64,000 nucleotides of DNA from Antedon mediterranea. Its lineage: Eukaryota; Animalia; Echinodermata. The stretch lies in assembly GCF_964355755.1 (NCBI RefSeq), contig NC_092675.1:12581812-12645811 (forward strand). Direction: 5' to 3'. The notes beneath the pieces are model-generated. The model searched no databases. It had not been told where the DNA came from and was given only the letters and a program-made list of their open reading frames with translations. Shown piece after piece: positions 28,673 through 37,600 of this stretch. Numbering within the stretch: position 1 is the stretch's first letter; each line of letters begins with the position of its first letter. The translations under genes were made by a program, and so were the position numbers.

Positions 28673-28877
28673 AAATTGAGTTTTGACGCAGGACGTAGGT
28701 TTAGTCTTAATTAAAACAAAGGAGAGGATTAAACCACATGCGCCGCCGCTTATAAAGCCCTTCCAGCGATATGTTATGCATGACTTGGCAAATGAAACAC
28801 CCTCTATCAGGAATTACAATTATACCTGTCTGCTAAGTGACACAAAACTATTTTCCTATATGCTTCGGAAAATTCTC
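28673..28877 (-). repeat. Ngaro internal repeat A2 (205 bp, followed on + by the TTTGTG core)
   Basis: Matches 34448-34652 (offset 5775); I noticed one substitution. Confidence 0.95.
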
Positions 28878-28883
28878 TTTGTG

Positions 28884-29299
28884 TTACGCTAGCGACCGGA
28901 CAGGACAACAAAGAAACACAGATAAACCATCATTGGATGGAAATGTCATTTATTCAAATGACGAATATTAAAACGTGTATATTGGTAAAACATAGATGAC
29001 ATATCACTTCTAGTATAAAACTTAATTATATTACATAATATAAAATGGGTCACGCCCTATACGTTATGTCATCTGAAACATAAATCAAATACTGCATAAC
29101 GGATATCAGTTATCAGAATATTTAAACAAAGTATAAATCAAAGTATTAAACTCTACTTACTAAACAGTACTTAATATTAGGTTAACAAATTTGACTTAAG
29201 CATCAAATATATACATCTATAAATCTACTTGAGTCTGATTAAAATACAATAAAATATGAAATTGGCTGTATATAAGACATGAGTCTGGGTGTCAGCGCC
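28884..29299 (-). repeat. Ngaro internal repeat B1
   Basis: Copy of 28216-28631, joined to A2 through TTTGTG (28878-28883). Confidence 0.95.
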
Positions 29300-29358
29300 A
29301 AAAACCCAGCCTTGGATGGGTTCCCACCCAGACCAAACAGAAACCACGGACCTGCCCC

Positions 29359-30290
29359 TTATGAACTGAACGATGAAATACGAATGTATTTCTTGAAAAC
29401 AGAAGATTTCCATCTCCCAAATTGTTGAATGAGGCTATCTGACATGCCTAATGACGCAGCATGTGTTGCTGCCCCAATACGAAAACTGTGGCCCTTGTAA
29501 TGGCTCGGATTCAACCCAATAAACGACACTGCCGCTCTCAGCCGGCACGACACAAATTGTTGTGTAACCGCCTTGCCATCAAGGTGCTGAAACAAGGGAC
29601 CTGTGGACTGTTGGCAATGTGCGAGGTAGTTTGTTAGTGCGGCTACTGGGCAGTACTTTTCTCTAACCCATGGTGCAAATGATACCGAAACGGGGGGTTT
29701 TCCAACTCCAGTTTTGTGGTGTCGTATTATGATTAAGGCCCCAGTTTCGTTCAGAGTTAAATCGTTGCGCTGTACTACGTTCGAATCTTTGGCTTTAGAT
29801 GCCAATTCTCCGAGTCGAAAAAACCCCTGAAACGCTGTAAGAAATAATCCTTCAAGTAACAAACGATGGGGTAGTAATGGTTCTATAAACTGCAATGCAT
29901 CGAGTAGCCTAATCAAGATCCCTTTTGTTATGGGAAGCCGAGAGTCCACTTTTGCCGCCCTAGAATGAATTCCGCGGATAATTTTTTGAACGAGGAAAAA
30001 CCCGCTAGGATCCGGTAGGCCTACTAACTTGTGTACGAACGAGATTGCAGACATATGCGAGGAAATTGTTCCCGGTGCCAGACCTTTGTCAAATAAATGA
30101 GACAGGAAATTACAAATTGTACCTACATTAAGTGGTAAGGGTACTCGTTTTCCTGACCAGGATGCCAACAGTTGCAGACTACGTCTGTAAGCCTTTCTGG
30201 TGGCTGGTGCGAGGGAGGATTCGATTAAGGAGACCGCTGTCGGTGTCAGAGTGGGATTGGCTGCTCCTTGCTGTGGGTCTATGGAGAAGC
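29359..30290 (-). CDS. Tyrosine recombinase (YR), probably a spliced 3' exon
   Basis: Catalytic set FFRLGEL (R), HKT (K), GHSFRIGAAT (HxxR), GRW and KKYIR (Y). The frame is open upstream of the listed 30168 start (SSLAPATRKAY) but has no ATG there. A splice acceptor TATTTTACAG ends at 30291. Confidence 0.92.
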
Positions 30291-30340
30291 CTGTAAAATA
30301 AACTATACAAATAAATCTTGTTTAACGTAAGTAAGTTATT

Positions 30341-30507
30341 GAAGCAGCTCCCGGCTGGACTTCAGGTTTTGTGCAAAGTAATTTAGAAGCAGCCCAAGCT
30401 GGACTTCATCGTTCGTGACCGAGTACTTAGAAGCAGCCCAAGCTGAACTTTTCGTACTGCATAATGATTCCAGACCATTTAAATGTGAAGCAGCTCATGC
30501 TGTACTT
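30341..30507. repeat. Four imperfect ~21-bp repeats (GAAGCAGCYCAAGCTGGACTT-like) with unique spacers
   Basis: Copies start at 30341, 30386, 30430 and 30487. The last one encodes the pol C-terminal EVQHELL. Confidence 0.8.
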
Positions 30508-32233
30508 CTGTAGGATGAGCGCTAAGAGACTTATCCAATGACAATGCTTTGTTGATTTTGAGCCTAGACAGTAGGTCAGCCAACACATTTTCCTTGCCTG
30601 GAATGTGTTTTGCTTTGAACAGAATGTTGTGATTTAGGCAACAAAGCACCAAGCGTCGCAGAAGCCGCAGGAGAGTAGCGTCTTTCGCGGTTTTTTTGTT
30701 AAGTATTTCGCAAACTGCTTGGTTGTCGGACCGAAATAGGATCCTCTTATTCGCGAGCCTGGGTGCCCACGTTTCCAACGCAATCACAATTGGAAACAAT
30801 TCAAGTACAGCTATGGACCTGCCTAAAAATGAACACGGCCAAGGAAACGCAAACCAATCACTTCCCAAGATAGCACCGCATCCGATTGAACCCGCCGCGT
30901 CGGTAAATAATCGGATCGTATCCGAGGTGATCCATTTTTCCGGAAGAATGAGGGCTTTGCCATTGAAATGTTTAATAAAGGTAAGCCACATGTACAGATC
31001 CTGTTTCGCTTCTAAACTAAGCCTAATGAAATGGTTTGGGTGTTTTGCAAGGGAGAGGAGGTTGATGAGTCTTCGCAAAAAAGTTCGACCCGGTAGGACA
31101 ACTGAACAAGCATAACTCAAGAGCCCTATTAACGATTGTAGTTCCCTTAAAGTAACTTTTTTCCTTGTTACAAATTTATCTAGAATTGATTTTATTTTCG
31201 TTACTTTTGCCTCCGGCAAGCGACATATCATGTTGATTGAATCAACTTCAATGCCGTAAATGATGATATTCGTCGTTGGAGCGACTGTCTTAGAATCTTT
31301 TATGGGTACTCCAATTCTGCGACAAAGGAATATGAAACTGGCTAATGCTTCGCGACAGGTTTTCGAATGCGCCGGGCCTACGAACCAGAAATCGTCTAAA
31401 ATGTGCGAAGACTCATGAACCTGAAATTTGTTCCCCATGATCCATATTATTGCTCGACTAAATGACTCAAATATTTGGCAGGATCTGCTAGCCCCCATTG
31501 GTAGACACTTGTCAAAGTAAAGTAGACCCTCCCAACTGAAACCTAACAGATGATAGTCGTCCGGATGGATCGGGACAATGCGAAAAGCATCTTCGATATC
31601 TGCCTTGGCCATAAGGCATCCTATTCCATTGCGGAGAACAAGCATTATTACCGAATCTATTGTATCGTATGACACGGCAGAGGCTTCGGAAGGGATACCG
31701 GAGTTTACAGAGACACCCCGCGGGTATGACAGGTCTTGTATAATACGGAATTTTCCCGCCTCCGCCTTTGGAATGACGCCCAACGGTGATGCGACAAAAT
31801 CTGAGAAAGGTGGGGAGACAAACGGGCCTGCTAGCCTTTTGCGGTGGATACCAATCTTAATAAAAGTTGTGATTTGCTCCGGATGGTTAATGGCGCTAGG
31901 ATGGTTGCGTGCGATTCCCGGCGGAGGGGGAGTGTTGCAACAAAGTCTGAACCCGACTGAAAATCCCGAAATTAAATTTGTAAAGAGGCGTGGTGAATAA
32001 CCGGTTAAGTACGAGGCCAGCACTTTAACTTTTACTGGTGTTGGTAATGTTGCCTTGCTTGGCTGTTTGATTTCTGGCCGTGATATGTCCGAATCCAGAG
32101 GGACGCTGTTTCCTGCAGCGGATCTTGGGATGAGGGAGGTCGCACAAGGGACAGTTGTGTTTGAAAGTACAGGGATGTGCTGTGCAGGTTTTTCCTGTAT
32201 GGAAGGCAAAGCAGTAGCCTTTGGGAACCCCAC
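30479..32233 (-). CDS. Reverse transcriptase/RNase H of Ngaro element
   Basis: RT motifs KFRIIQDLS, KADIEDAFR, LPMG and HILDDF. RNase H motifs FTDAAG, LELFPI, SDNQAV and NVLADLLSR. The frame is uninterrupted and overlaps the gag 3' end. The true start is uncertain. Confidence 0.95.
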   Translation of the reverse strand: MGFPKATALPSIQEKPAQHIPVLSNTTVPCATSLIPRSAAGNSVPLDSDISRPEIKQPSKATLPTPVKVKVLASYLTGYSPRLFTNLISGFSVGFRLCCNTPPPPGIARNHPSAINHPEQITTFIKIGIHRKRLAGPFVSPPFSDFVASPLGVIPKAEAGKFRIIQDLSYPRGVSVNSGIPSEASAVSYDTIDSVIMLVLRNGIGCLMAKADIEDAFRIVPIHPDDYHLLGFSWEGLLYFDKCLPMGASRSCQIFESFSRAIIWIMGNKFQVHESSHILDDFWFVGPAHSKTCREALASFIFLCRRIGVPIKDSKTVAPTTNIIIYGIEVDSINMICRLPEAKVTKIKSILDKFVTRKKVTLRELQSLIGLLSYACSVVLPGRTFLRRLINLLSLAKHPNHFIRLSLEAKQDLYMWLTFIKHFNGKALILPEKWITSDTIRLFTDAAGSIGCGAILGSDWFAFPWPCSFLGRSIAVLELFPIVIALETWAPRLANKRILFRSDNQAVCEILNKKTAKDATLLRLLRRLVLCCLNHNILFKAKHIPGKENVLADLLSRLKINKALSLDKSLSAHPTEVQHELLHI

Positions 32234-32945
32234 GAAAGGGCTGATTGAATCCCGTTCTCACCCCTGAAGTGGTCATCGGGACCGATTGATATGTTACTAG
32301 CTTTAGCATCAGTTCGGTGTGCAGTACCTCCCACTTCAAGGAGCGTCCTTGACGGGCTCTTCTGAATTGTTCATCGTATGCTCGCCATGCATTGTTCTGT
32401 GCAGTAATTGACAACTCCAAAATGTTGTTCGCATATTTTAAAATGTTAAAACATTCCTTTGGGAATTTTTCCAAGAAAATGGCTGCATAGATGTGGAACG
32501 CCTGTTGCCATTCTAAAACCGTGAGCGGTTTCCGTTTTTGGTCGCTCTCGACTCGCACTTGGTTTCCTGCTATAGTCACCGACATATGCGGGTCGCGTTG
32601 GTTGGGGAGCAGAGACCTTATTTCGATATATTGATCGTTCCAAATTTTTGTTTTGGTGGGAAGAGGAATGTCCGACCCCAAGGCAATAGTGTCCATCATT
32701 GTCAATTGACACCCAGTTGACGGCTCACCTTGGAGAAGGTCGCTGATTAAAGGGGTAACCGCTTCTTCCATCGCCGATGGTCCATCTCCCTCTGATGAAT
32801 TAGTAGCAGGAGGCGCATCGGTCGGTTTCTTCATCTGTTTTGCTACGGCCTCTGCCAATTTTTCATAGTCGATATTAGCTGTTAGTTGTTCCGTTGTGGT
32901 TGGTTTTGGTGCCACTGACCGGCGGGTGGACTTTGATTTCGGCAT
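32025..32945 (-). CDS. Ngaro ORF1 / gag-like protein with C-terminal Cys/His fingers
   Basis: WQQAFHIY and AWRAYDEQFRR motifs, plus CFAFHTGKTCTAHPCTFKHNCPLCDLPHPKIRC. The likely start is MPKSK at 32945, just after a T-rich tract and acceptor. The listed upstream extension reads through that tract. Confidence 0.85.
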   Translation of the reverse strand: MPKSKSTRRSVAPKPTTTEQLTANIDYEKLAEAVAKQMKKPTDAPPATNSSEGDGPSAMEEAVTPLISDLLQGEPSTGCQLTMMDTIALGSDIPLPTKTKIWNDQYIEIRSLLPNQRDPHMSVTIAGNQVRVESDQKRKPLTVLEWQQAFHIYAAIFLEKFPKECFNILKYANNILELSITAQNNAWRAYDEQFRRARQGRSLKWEVLHTELMLKLVTYQSVPMTTSGVRTGFNQPFRGVPKGYCFAFHTGKTCTAHPCTFKHNCPLCDLPHPKIRCRKQRPSGFGHITARNQTAKQGNITNTSKS

Positions 32946-33057
32946 TTTACCTAGATAATAGTAATTAAAGAACAAAAAAAAAAATATATCTATATAAAGT
33001 AGTTGCGGGTTTATATCCCGTGGTAACATGTATGATTCACCCATCGATTTGCAAGTA

Positions 33058-33399
33058 ACCTGGCGGCACAGCATAGCTGGTAATTACCCAGGTAAACATC
33101 CAAACGTGGTTGAGCCAACCAACCAAAAAGAAATATAATTAACATGGTATAAAAAGCTATATAAGCATAGTATGATCGGCCCCACCACTTGGCCTGGAGG
33201 CACAGCATAAAACTGCTGGAAGTTACCCAGGACCGATAGTTGGTGGCTACGTTATTATAAATAAAAATACATTCGGCGGAGAGTAAAAAACTGCCAATCG
33301 ATATGGCATAGTACCGTATAACACCAACCGAAGATAAAATGGCCGACCATAAAATAAAAAGCCTGGAGGCACAGCTAAAATAGCTGGAAATTACCCAGG
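33058..33399. other. Three copies of a conserved stem-loop motif CCTGG-N5-CAGC-loop-GCTG-N8-CCAGG
   Basis: Copies lie at 33058-33093, 33193-33231 and 33362-33399. Confidence 0.75.
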
Positions 33400-33561
33400 A
33401 AAACCATGTAATGAGTTGGTGGTTAGGTAGGCCTACCGTAATCATAGGTAGTAGACTACTAAGTAATAGTAGAAGAAAGATAATTATACTGTATAGTATA
33501 AAGTACTATATCTATATATATAATATATAATAGTAGTAGCAGTATTATTGCATATTCTTAT

Positions 33562-33611
33562 AAAAAAAAATAAAAAAATAAATAAAAAAAAATAAATAAA
33601 AAAAAAAAAAA

Positions 33612-33647
<36 letters not shown>

Positions 33648-33660
33648 AAAAAAAAAAAAA
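33562..33660. repeat. ~100-bp A-tract (U-rich on the element's sense strand)
   Basis: Nearly pure A with scattered T, lying downstream of the hydrolase stop on the minus strand. Confidence 0.95.
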
Positions 33661-33719
33661 TATCATCAATAAATTTTTTATTTTTTATTTTTTTTTATAT
33701 TTACTGATGATAGAAACAT

Positions 33720-34298
33720 TTATTGAAATACTGGCCTTTTAAGAATTTTTTCTGCGTGCATCATCGCTCCTCTTACACCCCTCATATACTTGTACATGCC
33801 TGATGGACCGAGATGGACACCGTCTACATGTAGATGAGACAAATCGCCCCATAATCCTCTGTGCTTCCATAGTATAACATCATGCCTATTTGCAAACCGC
33901 CTTTCTAAAGTTCGGTTGAGTTCAATGATCCTGTCGTTAAAGCGACCACCCACTAAGTTCGGCGATCGTTTAAGGAGTTGACAAATCATCACGAGTTTAC
34001 AATCTGTTCCGCAAAGCAGGAAGTCAACTAAAGTGCATAAGCGTGCGACTATGTAGCGATTATCTCGGTCAGCTAGGTCGTTTTCTCCAAGTTGTATAAT
34101 TACAACATCAGGCGACACAGGCCAAGCATATAATAAAGATGGGTATTGATGAAGTTTAAGACCCCCTCTACATCTGTAGGCAATAACAAAGTTGTGTTTC
34201 GATAGTCTCATATTAGCCGCATTGTTGAACGGCGTGTTGGCATAGTCACGTAGCCTCCGAATAAAGGAGTGCCCGAAAAGGCATACCGTAATTGGCAT
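33720..34298 (-). CDS. SGNH/GDSL-family hydrolase (esterase) carried by the Ngaro element
   Basis: Block I LFGHSF, block II CRGG, block III IQLGENDL and block V DGVHL. ATG start, 192 aa, intact. Confidence 0.9.
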   Translation of the reverse strand: MPITVCLFGHSFIRRLRDYANTPFNNAANMRLSKHNFVIAYRCRGGLKLHQYPSLLYAWPVSPDVVIIQLGENDLADRDNRYIVARLCTLVDFLLCGTDCKLVMICQLLKRSPNLVGGRFNDRIIELNRTLERRFANRHDVILWKHRGLWGDLSHLHVDGVHLGPSGMYKYMRGVRGAMMHAEKILKRPVFQ

Positions 34299-34447
34299 GA
34301 TACCTTTATAAATTAAAACAGTTACTTACAGAAACGAGGGAGAATGCGTAAAATACAGTTGAATTCTGAAGAAATCACGAATAGTTAGGATGTGATACGA
34401 AAAATTACTCTCCAAATATATAATGACAACGATGAAATGGAATTTGA

Positions 34448-34652
34448 AAATTGAGTTTTGACGCAGGACGTAGGTTTAGTCTTAATTAAAACAAAGGAGA
34501 GGATTAAACCACATGCGCCGCCGCTTATAAAGCCCCTCCAGCGATATGTTATGCATGACTTGGCAAATGAAACACCCTCTATCAGGAATTACAATTATAC
34601 CTGTCTGCTAAGTGACACAAAACTATTTTCCTATATGCTTCGGAAAATTCTC
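34448..34652 (-). repeat. Ngaro 5' terminal repeat A1 (likely promoter)
   Basis: Copy of A2. A TATA-like TTTATAAG lies on the minus strand at 34524-34531. The promoter role is inferred. Confidence 0.9.
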
Positions 34653-37600
34653 TTTGTGATTTTTGAAAAAACTTGTTAACATAAAAACACCAAAGTGCTT
34701 AGAATAGCTTCAAATCACATTTGGAGATGTTTTAGACCATTTTGTGATTTTTGAAAAAACTTGTTAACATAAAAACACGAAAGTGCTTAGAATAGCTTCA
34801 AATCACATTTGGAGACGTTTTAGACCATTTTGTGATTTTTGAAAAAACTTGTTAACATAAAAACACGAAAGTGCTTAGAATAGCTTCAAATCGCATTTGG
34901 AAACGTTTTAGACCATTTTGTGATTTTCGAAAAAGATTGTTAACATAAAAACACCAATGTGCTTAGAATCACATTATAAACCGTTTTAGACCATTTTGAG
35001 CATTTCGATAACAATTTTCACACAAAAACATCAAAGAGCACAAAATAGCTTAATATCGTATTTATAAATGTTTTAGACCATTTTGAGCATTTCGACAAAA
35101 CTTTTTCACACAAAACACCAAAGTGCTTAGAATAGCTTCAAATCGCATTTGGAGACGTTTTACACCATTTTGTGATTTCGATGAAACTTGATTACACAAA
35201 AACATCAAAGTGCTTAAAATCACATTATAAACCGTTTTAGACCATTTTGAGCATTTCGATAACACTTTTCACACAAAAACATCAAAGAGCACAAAATAGC
35301 TTAATATCGTATTTAAAAACGTTTTAGACCATTTTGAGCATTTAGACAAAACTTTTTTACACAAAACACCAAAGTGCTTAGAATAGCTTCAAATCGCATT
35401 TGGAGACGTTTTAGAACATTTTGTGTTTTTCGAAAAAAACTGTTAACATAAAAACACCAAAGTGCTTAGAATAGCTTCAAATCGCATTTGGAGACGTTTT
35501 AGAACATTTTGTGTTCTTCGAAAAAACCTGTTAACATAAAAACACCAAAGTGCTTAGAATAGCTTCAAATCGCATTTGGAGACGTTTTAGACCATTTTGT
35601 GATTTTTGAAAAAACTTGTTAACATAAAAACACCAAAGTGCTTAGAATAGCTTCAAATCACATTTGGAGACGTTTTAGACCATTTTGTGATTTTCGAAAA
35701 AACTTGTTAACATAAAAACACCAAAGTGCTTAGAATAGCGTCAAATCGCATTTGGAGACGGTTTAGACCATTTTGTGATTTTGAAAAAACTTGTTAACAT
35801 AAAAACACCAAAGTGCTTAGAATAGCTTTAAATCGCATTTGGAGACGTTTTAGACCATTTTGTGATTTTCGAAAAAACTTGTTAACATAAAAACACCAAA
35901 GTGCTTAGAATAGCTTCAAATCGTATTTGGAGACGTTTTAGACCATTTTGAGATTTTCGAAAAAACTTGGTTACACAAAAACATCAAAGTGCTTAAAATC
36001 ACATTATAAACCGTTTTAGACCATTTTGAGCATTTCGATAACACTTTTCACACAAAAACATCAAAGAGCACAAAATAGCTTAATATCGTATTTAAAAACG
36101 TTTTAGACCATTTTGAGCATTTCGACAAAACTTTTTCACACAAAACACCAAATTGCTTAGAATAGCTTCAAATCGCATTTGGAGACGTTTTAGACCAATT
36201 TGTGCATTTCGATGAAACTTGATTACACAAAAACATCAAAGTGTTTAAAATCACATTATAAACCGTTTTAGACCATTTTGAGCATTTCGATAACACTTTT
36301 CACACAAAAACATCAAAGAGCACAAAATAGCTTAATATCGTATTTAAAAACGTTTTAGACCATTTTGAGCATTTCGACAAAACTTTTTCACACAAAACAC
36401 CAAAGTGCTTAGAATAGCTTCAAATCGCATTTGGAGACGTTTTAGACCAATTTGTGCATTTCGATGAAACTTGATTACACAAAAACATCAAAGTGCTTAA
36501 AATCACATTATAAACCGTTTTAGACCATTTTGAGCATTTCGATAACACTTTTCACACAAAAACATCAAAGAGCACAAAATAGCTTAATATCGTATTTAAA
36601 AACGTTTTAGACCATTTTGAGCATTTAGACAAAACTTTTTCACACAAAACACCAAAGTGCTTAGAATAGCTTCAAATCGCATTTGGAGACGTTTTAGACC
36701 ATTTTGTGATTTTTGAAAAAACTTGTTAACATAAAAACACCAAAGTGCTTAGAATAGCTTCAAATCGCATTTGGAAACGTTTTAGACCATTTTGTGATTT
36801 TCGAAAAAACTTGTTAACATAAAAACACGAAAGTGCTTAGAATCACATTATAAACCGTTTTAGACCATTTTGAGCATTTCGATAACCATTTTCACACAAA
36901 AACATCAAAGAGCACAAAATAGCTTAATATCGTATTTAAAAATGTTTTAGACCATTTTGAGCATTTAGATAAAACTTTTTCACACAAAACACCAAAGTGC
37001 TTAGAATAGCTTCAAATCGCATTTGGAGACGTTTTAGACCATTTTGTGATTTTTGAAAAAACTTGTTAACATAAAAACACCAAAGTGCTTAGAATAGTTT
37101 CAAATCACATTTGGAGATGTTTTAGACCATTTTGTGATTTTTGAAAAAACTTATTAACATAAAAACACGAAAGTGCTTAGAATAGCTTCAAATCACATTT
37201 GGAGACGTTTTAGACCATTTTGTGATTTTTGAAAAAACTTGTTAACATAAAAACACGAAAGTGCTTAGAATAGCTTCAAATCGCATTTGGAAACGTTTTA
37301 GACCATTTTGTGATTTTCGAAAAAGATTGTTAACATAAAAACACCAATGTGCTTAGAATCACATTATAAACCGTTTTAGACCATTTTGAGCATTTCGATA
37401 ACAATTTTCACACAAAAACATCAAAGAGCACAAAATAGCTTAACATCGTATTTATAAATGTTTTAGACCATTTTGAGCATTTCGACAAAACTTTTTCATA
37501 CAAAACACCAAAGTGCTTAGAATAGCTTCAAATCGCATTTGGAGACGTTTTTTATACCATTTTGTGATTTCGATGAAACTTGATTACACAAAAACATCAA

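Larger units (their letters stand above)
28210..34658 (-). mobile_element. Full-length Ngaro-type (DIRS order) tyrosine-recombinase retrotransposon, ~6.4 kb
   Basis: Split direct repeats A1...B1-A2-B2 in minus orientation. Gag, RT/RH, YR and SGNH hydrolase ORFs are present, with no methyltransferase domain. It is bounded by TTTGTG at 28210-28215 and 34653-34658. Confidence 0.95.

Noticed and set aside
28683-28892. 69/73-aa ORFs in repeat A (also 34458-34679)
   Set aside because: Antisense, TTG-started, and duplicated only because repeat A is duplicated.
28216-29299. B repeats as LTRs of a small LTR/TRIM element
   Set aside because: No TG...CA ends or PBS. They are fully explained by the Ngaro A-B-A-B split direct repeats.
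30696-32720. Short antisense or alternate-frame ORFs over Ngaro gag/pol
   Set aside because: Shadow ORFs of conserved coding frames.
33704-33717. Hammerhead-like CTGATGA-TA-GAAAC
   Set aside because: There are only 2 nt between the core segments (no stem II) and no evident stems I/III. It is better explained as one arm of the TATCATCA/TGATGATA inverted repeat.
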